Positions 28,949-39,358 of a stretch of 64,000 bases of DNA are shown one piece after another. Position 1 is the stretch's first letter, and the number at the start of each line of letters is the position of its first letter. Position numbers and translations under genes: made by a program. The notes under the pieces are model-generated. The model saw nothing but the letters and a program-made list of their open reading frames with translations, was not told the DNA's origin and ran no database searches. The stretch is from a bacterium (GTDB lineage Bacteria; Hinthialibacterota; Hinthialibacteria; Hinthialibacterales; Hinthialibacteraceae), in assembly GCA_963663405.2 (NCBI GenBank), contig CAXXSM010000142.1:61759-125758 (forward strand), written 5' to 3'.

Positions 28949-31900
28949 CTATTCTCTAGACTTTGTAGTGGTCATTTCTAGAACGACCGGTCCGAGCAAG
29001 CCGGAGGTTGGTTCGCCTTGATACTTGGTTGGAACAGTGAGGAAATGATTGGCCAGTGTGTTGTAGACCAATATTTCGAATCGGTTTTCACCGGACTTCA
29101 CGAGTTTTGAAACTTCTACCCGCCAGGGAGGGGAGACACAAACGCCCGCCGTTTTTCCGTTCACGCGTACTTCCGCTGTGGCGGCCACTTTGCCAAGATC
29201 GAGAGTCACCGCGTCGCCTAATTGATCTTGAGTTAACGTCAACGTCTTGCGATACCAAGCGCCGCCGGAATATGTTTCCAGGACGCTTGTCTTCGACCAG
29301 TCGCCTAAAGGCGCAACGCCAGAATCGCATTGCAAACGGATCGGTTCGGGGAAAACCGCTGCGCCAGAACAACCAATTGGAGGAACGACTCGCAGGGCGA
29401 TTACTGACAACGTCTTGAGAGATTCCGCAGTCGCAAAACGTCCTAGGCCCGTCTCCTTCAGGGACTTGCCATCAGCCCACGCTTCGACGATTCCTTTAGC
29501 GGTTACACGCATTGAGCGAAAACCGGGGGGAGCGGTAAAACGGAACCATTCGGCGAGCGTTTCACCAGCATGAACGTCGAAATGGATTACGGATGGATCG
29601 TCGATCCACTGCATGGATAGAGGCGTTCGGCTTGATGATTCCTCTCGAACGTCGTCTCGTTTCAAGACGAAATAACCACGGCCCGCGCAATCAAACCGAA
29701 CGAGGATGGGGTTGGCGCCCGCATTTAAGTTCACGGATTCATTCAACGACTCGATCCGCGTACCGTTGACGAAGACGGTTTCCGGCTTCAAGATGGCGGA
29801 TTCGCTCGGGGGGGCGCCCTCACGTTTTTCTCCGCTCTCGATACGAGCGGTTGTCGAACGGTCTACCGTGGCGCACGTCCAAAGATAATAGATGTTCCCT
29901 GCTTCTTCGGGGACGTATTTGAATTCATTAAAGCCTCTCTCGCGCTTGCCGAGACACAGGAAATGATCGGTCACAATCTCTTTGAGACCGTGCCAGCCCT
30001 GATGGCCGGGATCGCCTTCGAGCCCCCAACGCCACGAAAAACTATACGGGCGCCACGAGAAGGTTTTGCCATTAATTTCAACCGGTCTGTTCGGATCGAC
30101 TTTTTCGATTTTGGATAGTTTCGCGTCCAGGGCGATGCGATCGACGTCGTTCGGCAAGGGCCCCAATTCCCAGAACTGTGGGCCGAAACCGTACGTTACT
30201 TTCTCCCAATCACCGTCGTCGAATGCAGGAGACATCCAGGAAGAAGAATCGCCGCTTTCAATAGCATGACGGAAAATACGCGCTTCCGGACCGATGATTT
30301 TATCCTTGGCGGGTAACCGAAAATCGCCGAAACGGTTGTCCATTGTGGGTTTTAATTCGAATTCCCAATCGCCGTCCAGTAAAATCTCTTCAACGATTCG
30401 TTCTTTAGACGCCGGGGGATTCACGTGTTCTCTTCCCGGCGTAAACACGACGACTTGCGCTTCGTATTCTTCCAACGGCAATTCGACAACGGTTCCGCTC
30501 TCCGTTTCTTTCATAACACGAAGCGGTCGAACGGAGCCCGTCCAGGGATCCCACAACTCGACGCAACCCTTGACGCGAAACTCGACCGTCGAGTTTTTCG
30601 AAGCGTCCATTACAAAATAGACGTCGCGCGGCCCGACTTTGCGGTGAAGCGAACGTACGGATTTATCGGCGCGAACGTCGGGAGTGAAGGCGCCGAGAAT
30701 CGCAGCAGGGACATCGGCCGGTTTTTCGAAGCGGCGTTCGTTGGGAATCGCTTCGGCGACAAGCGCTTTCAATTTGGCGTCATCGCGACCCGCCCGGTCG
30801 CTGGCGAACGGCAGCGTTCCAACGTTCAAAACACATCCCCCCGCTTTGGCGAATTCGGCGGCTTTTTGTATGGAGGACCAGCGCACCGCGTCCATCGACG
30901 CGAATACGAGCGCGCGATAGGAAGAGTCGGCTACCTGCAAACACCCGTCGCGAACCCGCGCGCGAGCCAGTGAATCGGCGTCGATAAATTCGAAATTGAC
31001 GCCGGCCGCCATCAAAGCTCGAGCCGTATCAAAAGCGGTATTCGTGGCTTTTTTACCGTCCAGCCCCGCTTCAAAGGGCGCGACGGGATAGAGTACGGCG
31101 ACATCGCTAACGAAACAGCCTTGGCTCATTAGATACGAAAGCCGCTCGAAATATTTCAGGAAAACGCCCATGTGATCCCAATAGGGCATGCGGAAGTGAT
31201 AGCTGGGCGGCGCCCATTCCCAAAACGATCCGTGGGTCGTGTAGTAGAGACCGTGAAGGTTCAGCAGCGTGCAGCCGTAGAGGTAGTTTTCACGGGTGGC
31301 GAACATCAATCGCTCCGGCGTCGCGCCCCAACCCAGGCTGTGGTAGCCCTCCAACCACACGCGCGGCCTGCGGTAGAGGTTGGCGATGGAAGAGGAAACC
31401 TTTCCTTTGATTAGATCGGCGTTGCCGCCGGGCGTGTCGTGTCCGGGAGCGCTGTACCAGCGGGTGGCGCGGAAATAATCGCCGAATTCGTTGGGACGCA
31501 AACCGCGTCCGCCGGAATCGCAGGCGAAGATCAAACCGCGAGAGGCATGCCAGCGATAGATGGGCTGAAAGAAACGTTCTTCCATAAGCGACATGCGAAC
31601 GTCGGCGTAATCCATGCGGATTTTTGGAGTCACCGGTCCGAAGTCGTCCCATAGCGCGGGTAGGACGTCATAGAGATCATACCCCTTGCGCGTTTGAAAC
31701 TCATAGGCGAAGTCAACGTTCCAAACACGGTCGCCTGCGCCTACGGTGAGTTCGTCGTTAAAGAAATAGTTCAAGCCTTCATACGATTGCGCCGGTGTGG
31801 CGTCTTGAAAGGGTTGATAGAAATCGCGGATCACGATTTCTCCAACGTTTGCAAGCAGCGGGTTGAGACTGCTCTCGCGCCGCTCCGCTCGAACCAGCCA

Positions 31901-32596
31901 GAGTTCCCATTCGCCTTGAGGCGCCCTCCAGATAAGTTTTTTATTATTAATGTAAGGTTTCAGGTCTTCCCCGCCCTCGCAAAGTCGACCGCCTTCAACA
32001 CGATAGGCCCGCGCGGATATCAGATCAGCGGGCACGTCGATCGTTGCGGATTGCCCTCGCTTTAAGCGTTGGCGAGGCATGGGGGTTAATTGGATCGAGT
32101 TGAGTTCCGGCTTGGAATAGAAGAGGTCGCGAAACAGGTTTTTGGGTCCCGGCCAATCGAGCGTGTAGGTGCTGAGGCCGATTCCCATCCCCCGCTTGCG
32201 GCATTCGTCGGCGATGCGGCCCCACACCTTCCACCACGCATCGCTGAAGATCGGCGGTTCCACCTCAAGAGTAGGCATGCCCGGCGTATCGTCGTGCGCA
32301 TAATTGACCTGAACGCCGCTGATTCCCTTCTCGTGCAGCCGGTCGATCTGCCAGATCAAGCGTTTTTCGTCGAGCGGATCGCCGGTCCACCACCAGAAAG
32401 GAACCTCGCCGTAACCCGGAGGCGGATTTTTGAAACCGGGCAGCGCGTCCAGGTTTGGATCGCGGCTTGGATAACCGGCCGGATCGGCCGGTTCGGGGGC
32501 GACGTAGTACGGATCGAGCGAATCCGAATGACTGGAAAAAGCGAGAAAGAAGAATCCCGCAACGAGCATTACAATTGCAACAATTTTTCTAGACAT
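28949..32596 (-). CDS. GH106-like (alpha-L-rhamnosidase family) secreted glycoside hydrolase with GH2-type sugar-binding C-terminus
   Basis: PFWWWTG, YFFNDE, WEWAPP...RMPYW, LDLGKVAATAEVRVNG...PPWRVEVS...NTLAN...SGLLGPV. Start reset to 32596 (GGAG RBS, signal peptide, downstream of a terminator). Confidence 0.8.
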   Translation of the reverse strand: MSRKIVAIVMLVAGFFFLAFSSHSDSLDPYYVAPEPADPAGYPSRDPNLDALPGFKNPPPGYGEVPFWWWTGDPLDEKRLIWQIDRLHEKGISGVQVNYAHDDTPGMPTLEVEPPIFSDAWWKVWGRIADECRKRGMGIGLSTYTLDWPGPKNLFRDLFYSKPELNSIQLTPMPRQRLKRGQSATIDVPADLISARAYRVEGGRLCEGGEDLKPYINNKKLIWRAPQGEWELWLVRAERRESSLNPLLANVGEIVIRDFYQPFQDATPAQSYEGLNYFFNDELTVGAGDRVWNVDFAYEFQTRKGYDLYDVLPALWDDFGPVTPKIRMDYADVRMSLMEERFFQPIYRWHASRGLIFACDSGGRGLRPNEFGDYFRATRWYSAPGHDTPGGNADLIKGKVSSSIANLYRRPRVWLEGYHSLGWGATPERLMFATRENYLYGCTLLNLHGLYYTTHGSFWEWAPPSYHFRMPYWDHMGVFLKYFERLSYLMSQGCFVSDVAVLYPVAPFEAGLDGKKATNTAFDTARALMAAGVNFEFIDADSLARARVRDGCLQVADSSYRALVFASMDAVRWSSIQKAAEFAKAGGCVLNVGTLPFASDRAGRDDAKLKALVAEAIPNERRFEKPADVPAAILGAFTPDVRADKSVRSLHRKVGPRDVYFVMDASKNSTVEFRVKGCVELWDPWTGSVRPLRVMKETESGTVVELPLEEYEAQVVVFTPGREHVNPPASKERIVEEILLDGDWEFELKPTMDNRFGDFRLPAKDKIIGPEARIFRHAIESGDSSSWMSPAFDDGDWEKVTYGFGPQFWELGPLPNDVDRIALDAKLSKIEKVDPNRPVEINGKTFSWRPYSFSWRWGLEGDPGHQGWHGLKEIVTDHFLCLGKRERGFNEFKYVPEEAGNIYYLWTCATVDRSTTARIESGEKREGAPPSESAILKPETVFVNGTRIESLNESVNLNAGANPILVRFDCAGRGYFVLKRDDVREESSSRTPLSMQWIDDPSVIHFDVHAGETLAEWFRFTAPPGFRSMRVTAKGIVEAWADGKSLKETGLGRFATAESLKTLSVIALRVVPPIGCSGAAVFPEPIRLQCDSGVAPLGDWSKTSVLETYSGGAWYRKTLTLTQDQLGDAVTLDLGKVAATAEVRVNGKTAGVCVSPPWRVEVSKLVKSGENRFEILVYNTLANHFLTVPTKYQGEPTSGLLGPVVLEMTTTKSRE

Positions 32597-32743
32597 CATT
32601 CTCCATTTTAATTCGATAAAATTCTTAAGGTCATCGATTGGCAAAACGCCGAAATCATAACAGATAAGCCTATCATAGATAGGAGGAATCTCCGAGAGGA
32701 AGCCGGATGTATCTGTTAAGGGGGAATCGAACCCACTGATCAA

Positions 32744-32768
32744 ATAGAAAAGGCGGCCGAAGCCGCCT
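32744..32768 (-). terminator. Rho-independent terminator after the DUF1080 gene
   Basis: Minus strand AGGCGGC-TTCG-GCCGCCT-TTTCTAT: 7-bp stem, C(UUCG)G tetraloop, U tract. Confidence 0.8.
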
Positions 32769-32839
32769 CTCTGACTAGAGATCAATTCTGATACCCGCAT
32801 GGAACGGGAAGCCATAGTTTGTCTTTGAAAATCAATGGT

Positions 32840-33559
32840 TTACTCGGTCTTCTTGAGTTCTTTGATCTTGATATTGCGATACCACACAGGGGCTTGGGCC
32901 TTACCGTGAAGCCCCTGAAACCCTATCGCGCCGCTGCGGTAGAAATCCTTCAATGCTTTGGCAAATTTGTTCTTTGTACCATCCGGATTCTTGTGCGGCT
33001 CCTTCCAGTCGTCCAGGTTGACGTTCCACACTTCTTCACCATTGAAAATCAACGACGCGTGGCTGCCGTTGCACGTGATGGTGAAGCGATTCCATTCACC
33101 GACCGGCTTTTGCATCTTCTTACTCGGTGGCTGCGCGTTATAAATCGCTCCTACCATGCCATAGAGCGCGCCGTCCTGGGACTCATGAACCTGCACCTCA
33201 AGCGCCGACAGCACGTTTTTTGTATCGCCTGCACGCAGAAACACGCCGCTATTCGACTCTTTCGCAACCTTGAACTCCAGATCCAAAATGAAATCACCGT
33301 AAGACTTCTTGGTCCAGATCGTATCATGGGTCTTTGCCACAAGCACGCCATCTTTCATCTCCCAGCTTCCGTCAGGCATATCAACGTTTGATAGATCAGG
33401 AGCGATAAGATCTTTCCACTTAGCCGTGTCCGGATGCGAGGCTGATTTAGCCAGAGCAGTACCACAAAGAAGCGCGCCGGCGCCAGAAAACGCCGCAATT
33501 TTGAGGGCTTGACGCCGAGTGATAAAATGTTCTTTTGTTTTGAAAAAATCTATATTCAT
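32840..33559 (-). CDS. Tat-exported DUF1080 (3-keto-disaccharide hydrolase-like) protein
   Basis: TRRQALK; YGDFILDLEFK, SNSGVFLR, EVQV, GEWNRFTI, GAIGFQGLHG, WYRNIKIKEL. Confidence 0.9.
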   Translation of the reverse strand: MNIDFFKTKEHFITRRQALKIAAFSGAGALLCGTALAKSASHPDTAKWKDLIAPDLSNVDMPDGSWEMKDGVLVAKTHDTIWTKKSYGDFILDLEFKVAKESNSGVFLRAGDTKNVLSALEVQVHESQDGALYGMVGAIYNAQPPSKKMQKPVGEWNRFTITCNGSHASLIFNGEEVWNVNLDDWKEPHKNPDGTKNKFAKALKDFYRSGAIGFQGLHGKAQAPVWYRNIKIKELKKTE

Positions 33560-33694
33560 GTATGTCTCCTCTCTTATTTAGCTTAACTAGTAATGTTCAA
33601 AAACCTTGATCCAGTTAAACTCAACAAAGTATCTATCAAGATATCAGAAAATCGGCTTAAATGCAATACAGAAAGAAATTCAAGGAGCCGATTA

Positions 33695-36133
33695 ATGTTG
33701 AACTACTATCTTCTATTCTCCATAATTCTCACTTCCTTTTCATCCCCATCCGTTTCGGATTCAAATAAGGAATGGACGATAATTGCATCGCCTACAAGTT
33801 TAAACGAAGAAGCCGTTAAGGTTGCAATAGATGATTTACGGAAAACGGGAAAAGAGTACGGTATATTTTTCACGACTGTTACCGATTCAGACATATCAAC
33901 GACTCCGTCAATCGTACTGGGAAGTCCTACTCGCAACCGCTTAACAGCTACATTGATCGAACAACAGAATATATCACTGGAGGGTGTGACACATCCAGAG
34001 GGGTATGAGATTGTAACCACTCAGAACGGCGCATGCAAAACCATTGTTGTCGCCGGAGGTTCCCTGCTCGGTGATGTGTATGGATTATATTGGATTTGGG
34101 ATCGACTTCGTGTTTACAAGTCCATGAAGAGGATCAACGTGAAACGGGAACCTCGGTTACGTATTCGATATACAAGAATTGCGGTATCCAGCAAAGAAGA
34201 TATTCGTCGAGCGCTCCGATATGGCTTGAATTTAGTCTTCGTTCGTGATGTTTTAAATTTTGTGCCCTGGAACGCAGAACCGGAGAAATCTCAAAACGAA
34301 ATAAGTCGTGAGCAAGCAATGGAACTCGTGCGATACGCTCATCAACTTCATTTGAAATGCGCAGCCTTTGGAACCGATTTTACCTATCATCCTTCACTCA
34401 TCGAAGAATTCAACGCTTCGTTGTCTCCTTGCGATCCCAAGTTTTGGGAAGCGTTCAAAGAGAAATATAGACGATTGTTACAAGCAATGCCCGAATTAGA
34501 CGCAGTTGCCACTTTCACGGGTCCTGAGCAAAGTTTTTGGGGAAATTATAAGACCTTCGATCCCATACATGACGATACAAATTGCGACTGGAGTTTGGCT
34601 AAGCGATATCGGACATTCATCTTAAATGCGTGGAGCGTTGTTGTTGGAGAATTCGACAAGATTCTTATGCACCGCACGTGGACGACCAATCCGTATGAAC
34701 AGCAATCACAGCCTGAGGTCTACCGAGATATTTTTACGGACGAAGTTCCAACAAAAAACTTGTATTTGATTCCCAGTTTCACTCAAAACGATCGCTGGTG
34801 GTATCAACGATACAATCCAACAGTGAATCAGACTCCTCACAACATGATGACTGTTATTGAATCGATGGATTATCACGCAGGGGGACAACTTTTTCCAACA
34901 TTTCCTGGTCCATATTACCAAGCCGGTTTGCAAATGATGCTTGATGTGGACAATAGCAACCTGAAAGGATGTAGTCTGGATTTACCCAGTCGTGATGGCT
35001 GGGATACCCGAAATGTGACAGCCTACACGATATACCGTCTATCCTGGGATCATCATGAAGATCCAAATCGAATCGCCGAAGATTTCGCTTCCATCCACTT
35101 CGGTCCAGCCGCGGCTCAGGGAATGGCGCGTATTTACATGCAGACACCAATTGCCTATAAATACGGGTTATATATTGAACCAGCCGCGTATGGTGAATTT
35201 AATTCTTTACCTCATATCCGTGTTGGAATGTTCATTGCCGATGGCTATCCGAGCATAGATAATGGGAAAACGCATCTTGAATTTTTGCGCAAAATTTATT
35301 TACGCTGTAAGCCATGGATTCCCGAAACTCTACAATACTTGGATCATGGTTTGGAGACTGCGACTACCATGATCAGTGAATATCAATCGATCAAGCCACT
35401 GATCGAAGATCAGGAGCTAGCCGAACAAGCGCATAATGCTTTGGAACTAACCCGCCTTCTTATCCAGACAAATAATTTATATGTTCGCACATGTTTTGCA
35501 TTTTTTCAATATCGAGAGAATCCTTCCCCGGAAAATAGAAAAGAATTGCGACTACACTGCGATGCGTTATCGAGCGTGAGTAAGGTTTTTTCGGAATCGC
35601 CAGGTTTTCAATATCAGTTATTTGGAGTCAATCAATTGCTTAAAAACACTCGGCAGGTATTGCAGAATCTGGAAGAATCGGAAAAGCGTTTTGCCTCTGC
35701 GCCAGATAGGACGACTATCGAGCAATACATTAAAAATGAGCAGGAGAAATACAAACGTATCCTCAATGATCAAAAAGAAGATATTATCCAGCTAGCCCAT
35801 TTTCGCTGTAAAGTGGATGGACGTGATTTAATTCGTATTCGGGGCGATGAAATTGAATTCGAACACCTGCGCTGGGACGGTATGACCGTAACTGAATCGA
35901 CCATCCTGACTCCACTTCCTGATAAAGATGTTTCTGTGATCCCCCAATCAATCGAAACACGTCCCATGCATCCTTTCATTCTTGATCAACCATCCAAAGA
36001 GAATGGCTACACGGTTACGGTTTATCTCAATGATATTCCGGGTGGTAGTGACTGGTGGGAATTCGATTTGTATTATATCCCCATACATCACCGAGAACTG
36101 GGATTAAATTTGGCTTGGGAAACAATTCATTGA
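33695..36133 (+). CDS. Secreted glycoside-hydrolase-like protein (GH67/GH115/GH20-type N-terminal domain)
   Basis: AAGGAG RBS before ATG 33695; signal peptide; PEGYEI...IVVAGGSLLGDVYGLY hexosaminidase-domain-2-like motif. Confidence 0.6.
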   Translation: MLNYYLLFSIILTSFSSPSVSDSNKEWTIIASPTSLNEEAVKVAIDDLRKTGKEYGIFFTTVTDSDISTTPSIVLGSPTRNRLTATLIEQQNISLEGVTHPEGYEIVTTQNGACKTIVVAGGSLLGDVYGLYWIWDRLRVYKSMKRINVKREPRLRIRYTRIAVSSKEDIRRALRYGLNLVFVRDVLNFVPWNAEPEKSQNEISREQAMELVRYAHQLHLKCAAFGTDFTYHPSLIEEFNASLSPCDPKFWEAFKEKYRRLLQAMPELDAVATFTGPEQSFWGNYKTFDPIHDDTNCDWSLAKRYRTFILNAWSVVVGEFDKILMHRTWTTNPYEQQSQPEVYRDIFTDEVPTKNLYLIPSFTQNDRWWYQRYNPTVNQTPHNMMTVIESMDYHAGGQLFPTFPGPYYQAGLQMMLDVDNSNLKGCSLDLPSRDGWDTRNVTAYTIYRLSWDHHEDPNRIAEDFASIHFGPAAAQGMARIYMQTPIAYKYGLYIEPAAYGEFNSLPHIRVGMFIADGYPSIDNGKTHLEFLRKIYLRCKPWIPETLQYLDHGLETATTMISEYQSIKPLIEDQELAEQAHNALELTRLLIQTNNLYVRTCFAFFQYRENPSPENRKELRLHCDALSSVSKVFSESPGFQYQLFGVNQLLKNTRQVLQNLEESEKRFASAPDRTTIEQYIKNEQEKYKRILNDQKEDIIQLAHFRCKVDGRDLIRIRGDEIEFEHLRWDGMTVTESTILTPLPDKDVSVIPQSIETRPMHPFILDQPSKENGYTVTVYLNDIPGGSDWWEFDLYYIPIHHRELGLNLAWETIH

Positions 36134-36380
36134 AAAGAATGAAAGATCTCGACCATATAATTTGAGTACTCTTTTCTTTGAATATTGAGGTACACGGATG
36201 CAAAATACGTATACTTAATAATATAAATCTATTATAATAAGTATGTTATAAAATCTTATTTCATAGAGATTACTAAATTGATTACACCAGAAAAGGGCTT
36301 TCATGATGCTGAACAGTACAATCTATTCATTTTTTGTTGAGTCTTTCTCACATAATCGATCAGTTTAAGATTGATGTATT

Positions 36381-37523
36381 TTAGGGATATTCTCTAACAA
36401 GCCGAAATCCAGTATCACTACTTATAATATGAGGACTGTTGCAAGTCCGAAATGCTGATCGGTAATAGCCTGTATCGCTTCTATTAAACGGCCCACCACC
36501 TCGCTTAATTTTGTAAATACCTGTTTCAGGACCTTGAGGATCAACTTGATCTGATTGTGGATAATCTCCTGCCCAATAATCACTACACCATTCTTTAACA
36601 TTTCCAATAATATCATAACATCCCCAAGCATTAGGCAGTTTTAAACCTACTTCATGTGTCATGTCATTTGAATTATTTGCATACCATGCATAATTACCAA
36701 TCTCTGAAACATAAGATGCGTCTCCCCAGTAATAAGCTGTCGTACTCCCTGCTCTGCATGCATATTCCATTTCTGCTTCAGTTGGTAGACGAAATACTCC
36801 TAATCCTAAATTGTTTATATTCTCAAGAAATTGTTGAATATTATTCCATGATACTTGTTCAACTGGGTGATTAGGTTTACCTTTAAATTGTGAAGGATTC
36901 TCGCCTATTATGGCTTCCCACTGGGCTTGCGTCACTTCATATTTTCCGATATAAAAATCTTTTGATATTGTCACATTATGGACAGGGCCTTCATCATCTC
37001 CTCTACCTTCTTCATCATCAGGGCTCCCCATCATAAACGTACCAGCAGGTATTCTCACCATTTCAAGAGGTCTTGCTGCATATGGCATTCCAGGAAGATG
37101 GATCACTTTTCCTTCACTTGAATCATAACCAGCAAGTTTATTCGCGCTATTTGCGTTTTCTGTATACATTGCAAAGGGAACACTGGTAATTCGCTGTCTT
37201 GGCGTTAATTCATCTCCATCGTCTACAATTAATGCTATATAACGCTCTTCACCTATAAACAAATCAGGAGTAATAGGATTTACAGAACCTAGCAGTACTG
37301 CGAAATTCCCATCAAAAAGATTTACACTTTGTGTCTCTCTCCAAATAATTTCGCCACCTTCTTTAGAATCATAAAGCAGGAATTCTATTGTTGCATCGCT
37401 TATTGTTTTATTCGAATATTCTTGATTCGATAAGTATCCACGATAATTAATGAGATTTGGAACATCTGAATAAGCGGATAATGTGATGAAAATCAAAACT
37501 AATATTATTATTTTATACTTCAA
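36381..37523 (-). CDS. Secreted protein: shared VPxLIxY N-terminal module plus FGE-sulfatase (SUMF1, C-type-lectin fold) domain
   Basis: TTG start after AGGA; IPAGTFMMGS, EGPVHNV, GKYEVTQAQW, RLPTEAEMEYACRAG, PNAWGCYDIIGNVKEW, GFRLV. Confidence 0.9.
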   Translation of the reverse strand: MKYKIIILVLIFITLSAYSDVPNLINYRGYLSNQEYSNKTISDATIEFLLYDSKEGGEIIWRETQSVNLFDGNFAVLLGSVNPITPDLFIGEERYIALIVDDGDELTPRQRITSVPFAMYTENANSANKLAGYDSSEGKVIHLPGMPYAARPLEMVRIPAGTFMMGSPDDEEGRGDDEGPVHNVTISKDFYIGKYEVTQAQWEAIIGENPSQFKGKPNHPVEQVSWNNIQQFLENINNLGLGVFRLPTEAEMEYACRAGSTTAYYWGDASYVSEIGNYAWYANNSNDMTHEVGLKLPNAWGCYDIIGNVKEWCSDYWAGDYPQSDQVDPQGPETGIYKIKRGGGPFNRSDTGYYRSAFRTCNSPHIISSDTGFRLVREYP

Positions 37524-37539
37524 TGTTTTATCCTATTTC

Positions 37540-39198
37540 TCAATTTGTATGAGCAGCGCTTAGGAAGATTGCGCCGCTTTCGAAATCATATGAGCCTGTA
37601 AACGCAGGATATCCTTTTGGAGATCCATAAACATTCGTTATTCCATTTACACTCGTACCGTCATAATTAATTTTTATCAATCGGTATCTTGATTCTGGAG
37701 CAGGGAGACGCATTTCCATATTATATCCGGAGACGTCTATCAAGCATCCAGTACCGATGGCGTATTCTTTTCCATCTGGTTCACCATTCAGTTCTATTTG
37801 AGTTATCGATATGGCTCCCGATGGATTGATATCTTCTCTCAATACACTCAATACATTACGTTGCGGGCGCATAAAACCAGAGAGTTGATTATCCGTGAGA
37901 ACTGGTTTGATTACAGTGATTAAGTTAATCGGCGCAGTATCCCGATCTGTGCCATGATTGCGGCTATTTCCTTGACTGGCGGCGATAATTTCTGATAAAC
38001 CATCTCCATTGATATCCGCAACGCTTAGTGTTATTCCACCATCACCTCGGAATTTATCCACGAAGGCCGCATAGGGTATCCGCTTATCAATTGTACCATT
38101 AGGCTTTACTTTAATTGCATGAAAAATAGTTTGCGATGTTGGACTGTTCGTTTGGCCGACTAGAAGTTCATCTATACCGTCTTGATCAAGATCACCAGCC
38201 GCTAATGTAATGGCTCCATTGGCGTTATTTGTCTTTGCTCCTCCCGCTAATCCGTTAAATTGACCAACAACTTCCCATCCATTAGGAGCTGGATTGCCTG
38301 TATATTGGAATAATCGTATGAAACCATTTCCTCCAAAACCTTGACCTATTGCTATTTGTGGTAAATCTCCTTCGATGAAATGACCTACGGCTGTGAATAA
38401 TTCGCCACCGGTATACATGGATATAGGAAATCCTTCAAAAGAGTGTCCGATAACACCCATTGTGATCCCATCTCGTACGACCACTATGTTCGGGTAGACA
38501 GCTTCACTCTGTACGGGTCCAAACGTCAAAACAAAATCATTTACGCCATCGTTATTGACATCTCCAGTGGATATATAGACGGCTCGCTCTAATCCACCAC
38601 CAATGCGGCTTTCAAACGCTGGTGGCAATCCACGGAAGGAACGTAATATACTAGTCATTGGACCTTTTTCAGATTCAAAATTCCTTATGTTCACGTTTGT
38701 TTGACCACTGTAACCTTGGGTGATAGCAATTTCCTCAATTACAAATGGTTCGGTTGGGATTATTGGAGGAGTAATATCCAAGGTTTGCAACCTATCGACA
38801 TAGAGTTTCAGCGGCCCGATAACGTAACCTCTGTATGCAGTGATTTTAGTATTCTCTACTATATCCTGGCCATTGTAGAGCACACGTAATTCATACTCTG
38901 TATCAAACAACAATGAATCTCGTTGAGGAATATCTTGTTCGGATTGTAAATCAACGTATACTCGGAAAGTTACATCGGTAGCAATGTCTCCAACTTCCGC
39001 CTTTACTGTCACAACATAGGCTCCATCACGTTCAAATTTTAATTCCAATTCTCCAGTGTTCACGATTGTAACATCAGAAATAATTAATTTCCCATAGATA
39101 AGCATGGGTGGTTCTGGAATAGCAGAGTAAGAATTGCAAATCTTAAACATTACTATGAATGATATAATTATCAAATAATATAATTCTCTAATAATCAT
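37540..39198 (-). CDS. Secreted FG-GAP/integrin-like beta-propeller protein
   Basis: Signal peptide then IPEPPMLIYG; Ca-binding loops TGDVNNDGVND, AGDLDQDGIDE, VADINGDGLSE. Confidence 0.75.
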   Translation of the reverse strand: MIIRELYYLIIISFIVMFKICNSYSAIPEPPMLIYGKLIISDVTIVNTGELELKFERDGAYVVTVKAEVGDIATDVTFRVYVDLQSEQDIPQRDSLLFDTEYELRVLYNGQDIVENTKITAYRGYVIGPLKLYVDRLQTLDITPPIIPTEPFVIEEIAITQGYSGQTNVNIRNFESEKGPMTSILRSFRGLPPAFESRIGGGLERAVYISTGDVNNDGVNDFVLTFGPVQSEAVYPNIVVVRDGITMGVIGHSFEGFPISMYTGGELFTAVGHFIEGDLPQIAIGQGFGGNGFIRLFQYTGNPAPNGWEVVGQFNGLAGGAKTNNANGAITLAAGDLDQDGIDELLVGQTNSPTSQTIFHAIKVKPNGTIDKRIPYAAFVDKFRGDGGITLSVADINGDGLSEIIAASQGNSRNHGTDRDTAPINLITVIKPVLTDNQLSGFMRPQRNVLSVLREDINPSGAISITQIELNGEPDGKEYAIGTGCLIDVSGYNMEMRLPAPESRYRLIKINYDGTSVNGITNVYGSPKGYPAFTGSYDFESGAIFLSAAHTN

Positions 39199-39358
39199 AT
39201 TAATATCTCCTGTTCCTTTAATATAGAAAACTGTTTACAGTTTATAAATCTTAAATAATAATTACAGTATTTAAAGATTTTATATTCAATCCAAATTAAA
39301 CACTATTTATTTATAAATATTTAACTTATACAATTTTTTTTTCATGGAAATATAAATT

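Noticed and set aside
32720-32736. tRNA T-arm-like sequence GGGTTCGATTCCC on the minus strand
   Set aside because: No acceptor stem, D arm, anticodon arm or CCA around it.
32597-32815. N-terminal extension of the 1288-aa ORF as given in the ORF track
   Set aside because: It spans a clear terminator; the RBS and signal peptide point to a start at 32596.
36381-36520. FGE/C-type-lectin C-terminus as the variable region of a diversity-generating retroelement
   Set aside because: I found no template repeat differing at adenines and no reverse transcriptase in the window; a remote DGR acting in trans cannot be excluded.
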